From IMG/VR virus record IMGVR_UViG_3300020185_000013, positions 66,480 to 130,479 of that record: a DNA stretch of 64,000 bases; one strand, 5' to 3'. The translations under genes and the position numbers were made by a program. The notes under the pieces are model-generated. The model saw nothing but the letters and a program-made list of their open reading frames with translations. It did not search any database and was not told the DNA's origin. Shown here one piece after another: positions 8,618 to 18,331 of the stretch (position 1 is its first letter; the number at the start of each line of letters is the position of its first letter). This stretch comes from a virus.

Positions 8618-10018
8618 ATGCTATTAGATATAGAACAAAAAGACCAAGAAATCATCGTCTCATATTACGATAAAGAAGGTAAAGTAGCATTTAAAAGATA
8701 TCCAATCTCTCAGTTTGAAAACTGGGTAGTCACTGAAGAAAAAGATAAGTGGAAAGACGGAACATTTAGAAACTGGGACGGTCGACCAATTAAAAGACAA
8801 CGTGCCCGTAACTTCAACAAGTTCTCATTAGTGTATTTTATGGACTCTCTTCCTGAAAAAGATCAGGAAGAAATCTTTGCATTTAATATGCCAAAGACCT
8901 ACTTTGTCGATATTGAGACTGAGATTGTTGATGGTTTCCCAAAAGCAGAAGAGGCAAAGAGTAGAATTCTTACCTTTTCGATTATCACACCTGATCGTAA
9001 GGCAATTGTGCTAGGTCTTGATGATTTATCTAGCGAACAAATTAAGAAGATTGAAGATGACACACTGAAACACTTCAAGAAATACGATCAAGATTGGGAA
9101 TTCAGTTACTATAAATTTAAGGACGAATACAATATGCTGTACACGTTCTTACATAAATTTATGCCAAAGTTCCCAATGATGACAGGTTGGAACTTTATTA
9201 ACTATGACTGGCAATATATTGTTAATCGATGTAGGCGTTTACAAATTGACCTGACTGAAGTTGCGATCACTGGAGAACTTGATAAGACTGACTCAAGACC
9301 CCTACATATGGGTATTCTTGATTATATGCAACTTTATGATAAGTATGACCGAAGTGTAAAAGTAAAAGAGTCAAATAAACTTGACTTTGTTGCTGGGCAG
9401 GTTCTTGACGTTGCAAAGATCAAGTATACGGGTGGTCTACAAGATTTATATGAGAATGACTTCCAAAAATACGTATTCTATAATGTAGTCGATTCTATTT
9501 TGGTATACTATATTGACCAAAAGCTAAAATCGATGGAAGTAATTATGACATTGGCAACTATTACAAAAATGCCATTGTATAAAGCAGCTTCTCCAGTTGC
9601 TGTAACCGAAGCATTGATGGCCCGTAAAATGGCTGAAATGAATCGTAAAATTGGAGTTGACTATAATCAAGAGGATAACAAAAAAGACGGCAAGTACGCA
9701 GGTGCATTTGTAAAACAACCATTAGTTGGTTACTATTCTGGTGTAAGTGCATTTGACTTTGCGTCACTATATCCTTCAGTAATGAGACAATTTAACATCT
9801 CACCAGATGCTTACGTTGACCTTATTCCAGAGAATGAAATTGAAGAGCGTCGTAAAAACATAGATGAAATTGTTTGTGAAAATGGTGTAGTATATAAGAA
9901 AGAAGATTCGATCTTGAAAAAGATTCTTAGCGATTTATACGCACAGAGGAAACAATATAAGTCTATATCATATGATTATTATGAAAAGGCTCATGAACTT
10001 AAAAAAATATTTAAGTAA
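8618..10018 (+). CDS. Family B DNA polymerase, N-terminal half (3'-5' exonuclease plus motif A)
   Basis: ExoI DIETE, ExoII GWNFINYD, ExoIII YNVVD, motif A FDFASLYPS; ends in the fingers helix. Confidence 0.92.
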   Translation: MLLDIEQKDQEIIVSYYDKEGKVAFKRYPISQFENWVVTEEKDKWKDGTFRNWDGRPIKRQRARNFNKFSLVYFMDSLPEKDQEEIFAFNMPKTYFVDIETEIVDGFPKAEEAKSRILTFSIITPDRKAIVLGLDDLSSEQIKKIEDDTLKHFKKYDQDWEFSYYKFKDEYNMLYTFLHKFMPKFPMMTGWNFINYDWQYIVNRCRRLQIDLTEVAITGELDKTDSRPLHMGILDYMQLYDKYDRSVKVKESNKLDFVAGQVLDVAKIKYTGGLQDLYENDFQKYVFYNVVDSILVYYIDQKLKSMEVIMTLATITKMPLYKAASPVAVTEALMARKMAEMNRKIGVDYNQEDNKKDGKYAGAFVKQPLVGYYSGVSAFDFASLYPSVMRQFNISPDAYVDLIPENEIEERRKNIDEIVCENGVVYKKEDSILKKILSDLYAQRKQYKSISYDYYEKAHELKKIFK

Positions 10019-10081
10019 CCAGGACCCAAACTTGTTGGATAGCAGAATATATAAACAACTAGCTGGTAAAATCCAACAATC

Positions 10082-10111
10082 AAAAGGTCTAATTCACTTT
10101 AGACCTTTTTT
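10082..10111 (+). terminator. Intrinsic terminator-like hairpin before nrdB
   Basis: AAAAGGTCTAA-ttcact-TTAGACCTTTT followed by TT. Confidence 0.65.
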
Positions 10112-10139
10112 AGTCTAAAAAATAAGGTAATATTAGAAT

Positions 10140-11144
10140 ATGTCACTATTTGAAGAACGAATTGAATTTAAACCATTTGAGTACCCGGTATACTACACCG
10201 AAGGTTGGCTCAAACAAGCACAAGCATTTTGGTTACACACTGAAATCTCAATGCAAGGAGATGTTAAAGATTGGAATGAAAGATTAGAAGAACACGAAAA
10301 GAATTTAGTAGGAAATATATTATTAGGATTTGCTCAAACAGAATGTGCAGTTTCAGATTACTGGACTGGTATGGTTACTAACTGGTTTCCAAAGCATGAA
10401 ATTAAGCAAATGGCAATGATGTTTGGTTCACAAGAAACCATTCACGCAACGGCATATTCATACCTAAATGAAACACTAGGATTAGAAGACTTTACAGCGT
10501 TTCTACATGAACCAGCAACTGCTGATAAATTTGAACACTTAACTTCAGTTGAAGCTGATTGGTCTTATGAAGATTTAGCATCAAGTTCAGAAGCTAGAAA
10601 GCAGGTAGCTAGATCACTGGCAATCTTCTCTGCTTTTGCCGAAGGAGTTTCACTATATTCATCATTTGCAGTTTTATATTCATTCCAGATGCGTAACCTT
10701 CTTAAGGGGATTGGTCAGCAAATGAAATGGTCAGTTCGTGATGAATCACTACACAGCAGAATGGGATGTCAATTATTCCGTCATATGTGTGAAGAATATA
10801 CTGAACTAAAAGAAGAGGTAAGGGACGATGTTGTACGTGCTGCTGAATTAATGGTCGAAATGGAACATAACTTTATTAATAAAATGTTTGAAATGGGAGA
10901 CCTTGAAAACATGAAGGCAGAAGACCTTAAACATTTTATCGTTAAAAGAGCAAATGAAAAGATTGCTGAACTAGGTTACAGTGATGGACCATTTATGAAG
11001 TACGATGAAGATAAAGCATCTGAACTTGATTGGTTCTACCACTTAACTGGAGGAACAACACACACTGACTTTTTTGCAATTAGACCGACTGATTACTCAA
11101 AAGCAGGAGAAGACGAAAACTGGGACGAAGACGATATCTTTTAA
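10140..11144 (+). CDS. nrdB: Ribonucleotide reductase class I beta subunit
   Basis: QETIH..AY and RDESLH iron ligands, EGVSLYSSF, C-terminal HTDFF..RPTDYS. Confidence 0.95.
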   Translation: MSLFEERIEFKPFEYPVYYTEGWLKQAQAFWLHTEISMQGDVKDWNERLEEHEKNLVGNILLGFAQTECAVSDYWTGMVTNWFPKHEIKQMAMMFGSQETIHATAYSYLNETLGLEDFTAFLHEPATADKFEHLTSVEADWSYEDLASSSEARKQVARSLAIFSAFAEGVSLYSSFAVLYSFQMRNLLKGIGQQMKWSVRDESLHSRMGCQLFRHMCEEYTELKEEVRDDVVRAAELMVEMEHNFINKMFEMGDLENMKAEDLKHFIVKRANEKIAELGYSDGPFMKYDEDKASELDWFYHLTGGTTHTDFFAIRPTDYSKAGEDENWDEDDIF

Positions 11145-11161
11145 TCCCCAACACTATTTAA

Positions 11162-13003
11162 ATGATTAACTTTTTTAAAAATAATGACAAGAAAATGAGC
11201 GAAGACGCCAATGGTATTAATCATGGTGAAGCTTTAGGCTGGGAACTCGGAGTAGATTTTCCAACATGGGCTAACACTGAAATCTATGTAAAGACAATTA
11301 GCAACGGTTACCTTTTAGAGGGTGAAACTCCAAAGGATGCATATTGGAGAGTTGCAACAACTGTAGCAAAAAGGTTACAAAAACCTGAAATGGCTAGCAA
11401 ATTCTTTGACTATATCTGGAAGGGCTGGTTAAATCTTGCTTCTCCAGTACTTTCAAATACTGGAACTGAGCGTGGTTTACCAATCTCTTGTTTTGGTATT
11501 GATGTTGCTGATTCAATTCATGATATTGGCTCAAAGAATCTAGAAATGATGCTACTTGCAAAACATGGAGGCGGTGTTGGTATTGGAATTAATCAAATTA
11601 GACCAGCAGGTGCTAAGATTCAAGGTAATGGTACAAGTGATGGTGTAGTTCCATTCTGTAAAATTTACGATTCAACGATCCTAGCGACTAATCAAGGTTC
11701 TGTTCGTAGAGGTGCAGCTTCAGTAAACATTGACATTGAACACAAAGATTTCTGGGAATGGCTAGAAATTCGTGAGCCAAAGGGAGACGTAAACAGACAG
11801 TCTCTTAATCTTCACCAATGTGTTATTGTTCCTGATGGTTTTATGGACAAAATCAAACAGGGAGACAAAGAGGCACGTAAAAGATGGGCAGCTCTATTAA
11901 GAAAGCGTAGAGCAACTGGAGAACCATACATTATGTTTAAAGGTAATGTAAATAATGCCAATCCAGATGCTTACAAAAACAATGGTCTTAAAGTTTACAT
12001 GACCAATATCTGTTCTGAGATTGCACTACACACCGATGAAAATCATTCATTCGTATGTTGTCTAAGTTCATTAAACCTTACAAGGTATGATGAGTGGAGA
12101 GACACTGATCTTATTTACACAGCTACTTGGTTCTTAGATGGCGTTCTTGAAGAATTTATCCAGAAGGCAAAATACATGCGTGGATTTGAGAACTCTATTC
12201 GCTCAGCAGAAAAGGGAAGAGCACTAGGACTTGGAGTTCTAGGATGGCACACTTACCTACAAGACAGAAACATTCCTTTTGAAGGACTAGCCGCACAATT
12301 TGAAACTCGTAAGATTTTTAGTGAGTTAAAGACCGAAAGCGAGAAAGCAAGTCGTGATATGGCGAAAGAGTATGGTGAACCTCTATGGTGTGTTGGTACT
12401 GGAATGCGTAACACTCACCTTAGAGCCGTAGCTCCTACTGTTTCTAATAGTAAACTAAGTGGTAACGTTTCTCCAGGTATTGAACCATGGGCAGCAAACG
12501 TATTTACTGAACAAACTGCAAAAGGAACATTTATCCGCAAGAACCCTACTCTTGAGACGGCACTTGAAGCAATTCGTAAAAACACAAAAGATACATGGGA
12601 TAAGATCCTAGAAGACGGTGGAAGTGTTCAAGGAATTGACTGGATGGATAACTACTATGTACATCATGGAGAATTAGAGGGCATTCCAATCAATAAAGAT
12701 GAATTGTCTGAAGAGGACATGAAAGATTTTATTCCGATGAAAGATGTTTATAGAACATTTAAGGAAATTAACCAAATGGAATTGGTACGTCAAGCTGGAG
12801 TTAGACAACAATATGTTGACCAGGCAGTTTCATTAAACCTAGCGTTCCCAAATACAGCGGATCCTAAGTTTATTAACCAAGTTCACCTTGAAGCGTACGA
12901 TCAAGGTATAAAGACACTCTATTACATGAGAACGGAGAGCGTTCTACGAGGAGACATTGCAACCAGAGCAACGGATCCAGATTGTTTATCATGTGATGGA
13001 TAA
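11162..13003 (+). CDS. nrdA: Ribonucleotide reductase class I alpha subunit (short, no obvious ATP cone)
   Basis: ISCF, TNICSEI, CCLSSLN, APTVS, KTLYY, C-terminal CLSCDG. Confidence 0.95.
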   Translation: MINFFKNNDKKMSEDANGINHGEALGWELGVDFPTWANTEIYVKTISNGYLLEGETPKDAYWRVATTVAKRLQKPEMASKFFDYIWKGWLNLASPVLSNTGTERGLPISCFGIDVADSIHDIGSKNLEMMLLAKHGGGVGIGINQIRPAGAKIQGNGTSDGVVPFCKIYDSTILATNQGSVRRGAASVNIDIEHKDFWEWLEIREPKGDVNRQSLNLHQCVIVPDGFMDKIKQGDKEARKRWAALLRKRRATGEPYIMFKGNVNNANPDAYKNNGLKVYMTNICSEIALHTDENHSFVCCLSSLNLTRYDEWRDTDLIYTATWFLDGVLEEFIQKAKYMRGFENSIRSAEKGRALGLGVLGWHTYLQDRNIPFEGLAAQFETRKIFSELKTESEKASRDMAKEYGEPLWCVGTGMRNTHLRAVAPTVSNSKLSGNVSPGIEPWAANVFTEQTAKGTFIRKNPTLETALEAIRKNTKDTWDKILEDGGSVQGIDWMDNYYVHHGELEGIPINKDELSEEDMKDFIPMKDVYRTFKEINQMELVRQAGVRQQYVDQAVSLNLAFPNTADPKFINQVHLEAYDQGIKTLYYMRTESVLRGDIATRATDPDCLSCDG

Positions 13004-13058
13004 AGACGGTGAGGTTTGAAGACCTCGTCTTAGGACCGTTACATCGTTAACGGATTTT

Positions 13059-13090
13059 AGCCAGGGAATTCGCTACTCCCTGGCTTTTTT
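13059..13090 (+). terminator. Intrinsic terminator after nrdA
   Basis: AGCCAGGGA-loop-TCCCTGGCT plus T run. Confidence 0.8.
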
Positions 13091-13094
13091 ATGT

Positions 13095-13121
13095 GAAACA
13101 GTTTGGCTAGCCCTCATATAA
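13095..13121 (+). promoter_or_regulatory. Class II motif GAAAC-N17-TATAA
   Basis: Exact spacing; precedes the clamp/polymerase C-half operon. Confidence 0.75.
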
Positions 13122-13151
13122 TAATCAAATTCTTTAAACAAATAAAAAAAT

Positions 13152-13895
13152 ATGAAACTAGTAATTGATCGAGTTGACCAACACGCTTTGACTGATTTTA
13201 TCAATCGTGTGAAGTTAATTGATTCTTTCATCTATTTGAAGATGGACGAGAATCGCATTACTTCTGCAGTTTATCTTCCACAAAGAGATGCTGTGAAGTA
13301 CCACGCAGTTAACACTGACACAATCTTTAAGCTTTCATCAGTTCCGAAAACTGATAAACCAATAAAGATTGCATTCTTTGACGGTGCTAAAGTTATTGAT
13401 GCTATTAAGCACTTCGATGCTGATGCAATTAAAGGTGAAATTCAGTTCATTGAAAACGATGAAGACATGGTTGCTTCAACACTTCGTCTATTCAATGATG
13501 AACTTGAAATCACATTGTCTTGTTCTGAACCATCTCTTGGTTTTAAAGATCTTACTCAAGAGCAAATTGAAGGTATCTTCTCGAAAGATGGTAGTGAATT
13601 TAACTTTGAATTGGACACTTATTCAATTGGTAAAGTTAAGAACCTATTTAGTCTTGATAAAGACGAAACATTTGCAATCAATGCAAACGCTAAAGGCGTA
13701 AATGTTAAAGGTAAATCATTCAACGTTGTAATCAACCCAGAGAGCAATGGCAAAGGTGAAGTTACAGTATACAAGAAGTATTTGAACTTGCTTGACAAAG
13801 AAGAGCAAACAGTTTACATTTCTTCTTCAAAAGTTGTATTCGCATCAAAAGACAGCGAAACACTTCTAACTGTATCAACCTGCCAAAACGCTTAA
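13152..13895 (+). CDS. Sliding clamp (gp45-like)
   Basis: 247 aa, adjacent to polymerase; C-terminal K..LNLL....TVYISS pattern similar to T4-like clamps. Confidence 0.6.
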   Translation: MKLVIDRVDQHALTDFINRVKLIDSFIYLKMDENRITSAVYLPQRDAVKYHAVNTDTIFKLSSVPKTDKPIKIAFFDGAKVIDAIKHFDADAIKGEIQFIENDEDMVASTLRLFNDELEITLSCSEPSLGFKDLTQEQIEGIFSKDGSEFNFELDTYSIGKVKNLFSLDKDETFAINANAKGVNVKGKSFNVVINPESNGKGEVTVYKKYLNLLDKEEQTVYISSSKVVFASKDSETLLTVSTCQNA

Positions 13896-13896
13896 T

Positions 13897-15099
13897 ATGA
13901 ACATAGAAGAGTTAAAGAATAAACCAACCGATCAATTAAGTAAAAGTGAAGCGGAGTTCCTCATAAACTATTATGAGGAACTTTCCGCTAAGTACACTGC
14001 TTATGAACAGGCGGTAAAGGTAACTTTGAACTCGATCTATGGTGCATTTGGTAACAAGTGGTTTCACTTCTTCAATATTGATATTGCAGAATCTATCACA
14101 TTACAAGGTCAAAATGCGATCCTGTATTCTGAAAGTATTCTAAACAAGTACTTTCAAGAGTTCTTTCATAAGGATACGATGGTTCATGAACACTTCAATA
14201 TTAAGGTAAAACACCAGCTTGAACGACCATCAGTAATCTATATCGATACTGATTCTTGTTATGTTCAGTTTGAAGAAATGTACAATTCAATTGAGTGGTT
14301 AGGAGAACCTCTTTCAATCGATACATTTATCATTGAGATTTATGCCCTTAGACTAAAGGACTATATCATTAAAGCAATGGAAAAGTATGCAGAAAAGAGA
14401 AACACTGACAACTTCTTGGTATTTGAACTTGAAACTGTAGCATATGGTGGTATTTGGATGAGTAAGAAAAAGTACATTCAAAATATTGCATGGGATGATA
14501 AACTTGAATCAACCGATCGTCACCCTTCATTAAAGAAGATTAAGACAATCGGATTCGATACTATTCAGTCATCTACACCAACTTTTGTTAGAGGTAAATT
14601 AAATGAAGCTCTTAAAATCCTATTTAAGAAGCATGAGAAACCAACAGCAGAAGATCTACAAGAACTTGTTACTTTCATGAAGCAAACGAAGAAAGAATTC
14701 AAACTTGCAGATATTGACGATATTGCGTTCAATAAGAGAACTAATAATATTGAAAAGTATATCGTTGATGACCAAATTGAACTTCAGTTTGGATCGAAAT
14801 GTCCACCGAATGTAAAAGCGGCAGGATTCTACAATTACTTATTGAACAACAATAAAAAATATAAAAACAAGTATAAACTAATTGGTAACGGGGAGAAGTT
14901 AAGAATCTATCATGTGAAAGGTAATATAAGTGATATGTTCGCATATATGCCAAGTGAACATCCTTATGAGTTTGCTCCACCTGTAGATTATGACACTCAA
15001 TTTGAAAAGTCGATGATTGATCCACTTAATCGTGTACTAAAAGCAATTGGACTTCAGACTCTTGATACTAATCTAATTTATGCTTCAGCATTATTTTAA
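13897..15099 (+). CDS. Family B DNA polymerase, C-terminal half (motifs B and C, thumb)
   Basis: KVTLNSIYG, YIDTDS, KKKY, C-terminal ASALF. Confidence 0.92.
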   Translation: MNIEELKNKPTDQLSKSEAEFLINYYEELSAKYTAYEQAVKVTLNSIYGAFGNKWFHFFNIDIAESITLQGQNAILYSESILNKYFQEFFHKDTMVHEHFNIKVKHQLERPSVIYIDTDSCYVQFEEMYNSIEWLGEPLSIDTFIIEIYALRLKDYIIKAMEKYAEKRNTDNFLVFELETVAYGGIWMSKKKYIQNIAWDDKLESTDRHPSLKKIKTIGFDTIQSSTPTFVRGKLNEALKILFKKHEKPTAEDLQELVTFMKQTKKEFKLADIDDIAFNKRTNNIEKYIVDDQIELQFGSKCPPNVKAAGFYNYLLNNNKKYKNKYKLIGNGEKLRIYHVKGNISDMFAYMPSEHPYEFAPPVDYDTQFEKSMIDPLNRVLKAIGLQTLDTNLIYASALF

Positions 15100-15101
15100 T
15101 T

Positions 15102-15269
15102 ATGGACTTAGAACAGCAAATTATCGACCTACACAAGCAATATCCAAACGATATGGAGCTTGGAGAACAAGTAAGAATAATGGCTTGGTCATTAATGAAG
15201 AAAGAAAATGACCCAAACCAACTAAGCCTCTGGAGTGAAGAGGAACTCGATGCTTTAGGGAATGCTTGA
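15102..15269 (+). CDS. 55-aa hypothetical with QLSLW motif
   Basis: Translated by eye: MDLEQQIIDLHKQYPNDMELGEQVRIMAWSLMKKENDPNQLSLWSEEELDALGNA; fills the operon gap. Confidence 0.6.
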   Translation: MDLEQQIIDLHKQYPNDMELGEQVRIMAWSLMKKENDPNQLSLWSEEELDALGNA

Positions 15270-15450
15270 TTATAATCAACTTTCAGAAGAGCAAAAACAA
15301 ATCGTACGAGAATATCAAGCGATTCACTCACGGCTGCATGAACTTGAGGAACAAATGGAAACCTTAAGTGCTGAAGCCAAACAATTGATAGGACAGCTAG
15401 AAGCTCTCCGAGAAAAAGATAAAAAAATTAATAACAATGGCGAAAAGTAA
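15262..15450 (+). CDS. Small coiled-coil hypothetical
   Basis: Heptad-like ORF overlapping both neighbours. Confidence 0.6.
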   Translation: MLDYNQLSEEQKQIVREYQAIHSRLHELEEQMETLSAEAKQLIGQLEALREKDKKINNNGEK

Positions 15451-16546
15451 ACAATTTAGCTTTGATGACATTAATGCTGAGCTAGCAAACTTGAATCCAC
15501 TTGGATCAGTTATGTCAAACTCTAGTTTTAGTGATGTTACTGAGTGGATTGACACAGGTAATTATCACCTTAATGCATGTGTTTCAGGTTCTCTATTTGG
15601 TGGATGGCCAAACAACAGATCATGTTCGATTGCAGGACCTTCTGGTACAGGTAAAACCTATCTGATCCTAAACTCTATTCGTAGAGCAATCGATATGGGC
15701 TACAACATTATCTTCTATGATTCAGAAGCAGCAGTTGATAAAACCCTTATGAAAAAGTTTGGTATTGATACTGATAAAGTAAACTACCAACCGATTAATA
15801 CGGTACAGGAGTTTAGATCTTCAGTAACTACAATTACGAAGAGAATGCAAGAGGCAAAGAGAGGCGGTGCAGAACTTCCAAAGATGATGATTATTCTTGA
15901 TTCTGCTGGTAACCTTGCAACTCAAAAAGAGATTGATGATGCAGTTAGCGGTTCTGAAAAGAGTGATATGACGCGTTCAAAGATCTTGAAGTCAATCTTC
16001 CGTATCATTATGACACCAATGGCTGACCTTAAGATTCCATTCTTATTCACAAACCATACGTACCAGACACAAGACTTTATCTCTCGTCAGGTTGCAGGCG
16101 GTGGAACAGGACCAGAATATGCAGCTTCTATTGTACTATTCTTAGGAAAAGCACAACTTAAAGATTCTAGTGGTGAAAAAGCTGGTATTATCGTTAGCGC
16201 AAAACCAAATAAGAATCGTTTTGCTAAACCGCATCCAATCAAGTTCCACCTACATTTTAGCGAAGGAATGAACCGTTATGTGGGATTAGAACAATACATC
16301 GATTGGGAAGAGATCGGTATTGCAAAAGGTACAATTGAAAAAGGCGAAAAGATACCTAAAAAGACAGCACGTAATTGGATCTGTAAGCATCTTGATGAAA
16401 CAGTACCAAACAATGAATTCTTTACTGAAAAAGTATTTACTCAAGAGGTCCTAGAAAAGATCGAGAAGAAGATTCACCCACTATTTAACTATAATACTGA
16501 GGTTGAATTTGATTTTGATGAGTTAATGGAGGAAACTGAAGACTAA
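15437..16546 (+). CDS. uvsX: RecA/UvsX-like recombinase
   Basis: Walker A GPSGTGKT, YDSE, IILDS, NHTY, GGGTG. Confidence 0.9.
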   Translation: MAKSKQFSFDDINAELANLNPLGSVMSNSSFSDVTEWIDTGNYHLNACVSGSLFGGWPNNRSCSIAGPSGTGKTYLILNSIRRAIDMGYNIIFYDSEAAVDKTLMKKFGIDTDKVNYQPINTVQEFRSSVTTITKRMQEAKRGGAELPKMMIILDSAGNLATQKEIDDAVSGSEKSDMTRSKILKSIFRIIMTPMADLKIPFLFTNHTYQTQDFISRQVAGGGTGPEYAASIVLFLGKAQLKDSSGEKAGIIVSAKPNKNRFAKPHPIKFHLHFSEGMNRYVGLEQYIDWEEIGIAKGTIEKGEKIPKKTARNWICKHLDETVPNNEFFTEKVFTQEVLEKIEKKIHPLFNYNTEVEFDFDELMEETED

Positions 16547-16558
16547 TTTCTTCTATAA
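16532..16558 (+). promoter_or_regulatory. Class II motif GAAAC-N17-TATAA upstream of the helicase
   Basis: Exact 17-nt spacing. Confidence 0.65.
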
Positions 16559-16577
16559 GCTTAAATAATTTAGACCT

Positions 16578-17894
16578 ATGCAATTCGGACAAGACTTCGA
16601 GAAAATATTCTTTAGAATCTCATTAGAGAAGCCTAAGTATCTTCAATCAATTAAAAGCGGTTACTATACCTCTGAAGAAATTGATATTTTGAGCTATCTT
16701 GCTAATAAGTTCTATGTTAAGTTTAAAGAGACTCCAGGAAAAGAGCAACTTAAACTTCTAGTACAAAATTACAAGAAGGCAAAAGAAAAGATTACTGACG
16801 GTATTCTTGATGTTATCTTTGATGTTGATCTTGCCCAATATGATGAAGAATGGCTTACCTCAACTGCAGAATCTTGGATTAAGTGGAGAACATTTGATAC
16901 CACTCTGATTGATACAATCGAGTATATTAAGACAACACAGGTTACACCCGACAATGCGGATAGTATTATCCAAAAGGTAAAAGGGTTAATTAACGAGAGA
17001 AACAATATAACATTTAACTCAGACCTTGGTCTAGACTTCTTTAATCCAGAAGATCACGATCAAAAAGAAGCTGAAAAAGTTAGCTCTGGTTATAACTTCG
17101 TCGATCGAGTACTTGGCGGTGGTTATGATAAAGGTGGTAACCTAGTAGTTTATGCTGGAGAGCAAAACATTGGTAAATCAATCTACTTGGCAAATGATGC
17201 TGCAAGTTTTGTAAAAATGGGAGTTAACACTGTTGTAATTACAGCAGAAATGGCAGCTCACAAATTTGTAAAACGTATTGGTTCTAATCTTCTATCAATT
17301 AATATTAGTGAATATTCTGATAAGGCAAAACAAAAAGAGTACATACAACGTCGACTTGAAACAGTCGGTGATGGTTTTACTCCTCCAGGCCAGTTATTCA
17401 TTAAGCAAATGCCAACATCACAAGCAACGGTTCTTGATATTGATGCATACATTACTCAACTTGAAGAAGAAAAGCAGATTAAGATTGGAGCAGTTGTAAT
17501 TGACTACATTAACATCTTGGCAAACTATCGTAATCCAAACAGTGAGAACACTTACTTAAAGATTAAACAAATTGCAGAAGATTTAAGAGCAATGGGTCAA
17601 CGTCATGATTGGTTAATTGTAACAGCAACTCAGATTACAAGAGGAGGTTATAATTCAAGTGACATCTCAATGGGAGATATTGCAGAATCAGCTGGTCTTT
17701 CACACACTGCCGATGTAATGTATGGTATTATTCAAGATGATTTAATGCGTGCAAGTGACGAATACTGGCTCAAAATCTTAAAGATGAGAGATGGTGAAGG
17801 AAAAGGAACAAAATGTAAACTAAACATTAACTGGAATTATATGCGTCTGGTAGAAACAGAAGATATAACAAACAGTAATCTACACGGAATATGA
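16578..17894 (+). CDS. DnaB-family replicative helicase (gp41-like)
   Basis: GEQNIGKS, ITAEM, VIDYI, TATQITR, IAESAG, KMRDG. Confidence 0.9.
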   Translation: MQFGQDFEKIFFRISLEKPKYLQSIKSGYYTSEEIDILSYLANKFYVKFKETPGKEQLKLLVQNYKKAKEKITDGILDVIFDVDLAQYDEEWLTSTAESWIKWRTFDTTLIDTIEYIKTTQVTPDNADSIIQKVKGLINERNNITFNSDLGLDFFNPEDHDQKEAEKVSSGYNFVDRVLGGGYDKGGNLVVYAGEQNIGKSIYLANDAASFVKMGVNTVVITAEMAAHKFVKRIGSNLLSINISEYSDKAKQKEYIQRRLETVGDGFTPPGQLFIKQMPTSQATVLDIDAYITQLEEEKQIKIGAVVIDYINILANYRNPNSENTYLKIKQIAEDLRAMGQRHDWLIVTATQITRGGYNSSDISMGDIAESAGLSHTADVMYGIIQDDLMRASDEYWLKILKMRDGEGKGTKCKLNINWNYMRLVETEDITNSNLHGI

Positions 17895-18331
17895 TAGAAA
17901 GAGATAAAATATTTGACAATAATTTTGAATCACCAGACTTTGAGATTTTACCTAATTTCTCATTTGATTTGGACCCTTCTTGGAAAGACGATCGATCTGA
18001 AGAGGACAAGATTCATTATGATATGATCGCACGAGAAATACACAAGCTGGTTACGGCCTCTAGATTTAAGATCTTTAATGAAATCGACGACCACGGGAGA
18101 AGCGTAAAATTAAAAAAGGTTGAAATCAACGACGTATATGGATATATTGTCGGTGAGATGCTAACAAAATACAGTAGAATTGACCTATTCAGCGAACTAT
18201 GTGTCTATTTTGATATTAACCCAACTAAGTTTTATAATTCACTTTCAAACATTTACAAAGAAGATTTAATTGAAGAGCTAGACCTCAAGACAGGAGTCCT
18301 TGGAAAGAAGAACATTAACAAGTTATTCTAA
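17891..18331 (+). CDS. Possible gp33-like late transcription co-activator
   Basis: C-terminal pattern LC.YFDI.P.KF..SLS..YKE.LIEE...L..K...KLF resembles gp33. Confidence 0.4.
   Translation: MIERDKIFDNNFESPDFEILPNFSFDLDPSWKDDRSEEDKIHYDMIAREIHKLVTASRFKIFNEIDDHGRSVKLKKVEINDVYGYIVGEMLTKYSRIDLFSELCVYFDINPTKFYNSLSNIYKEDLIEELDLKTGVLGKKNINKLF

Noticed and set aside
9900-14040. Split intein or intron joining the polymerase halves
   Set aside because: No intein-like junction residues or extra domain; the intervening DNA is ordinary genes.
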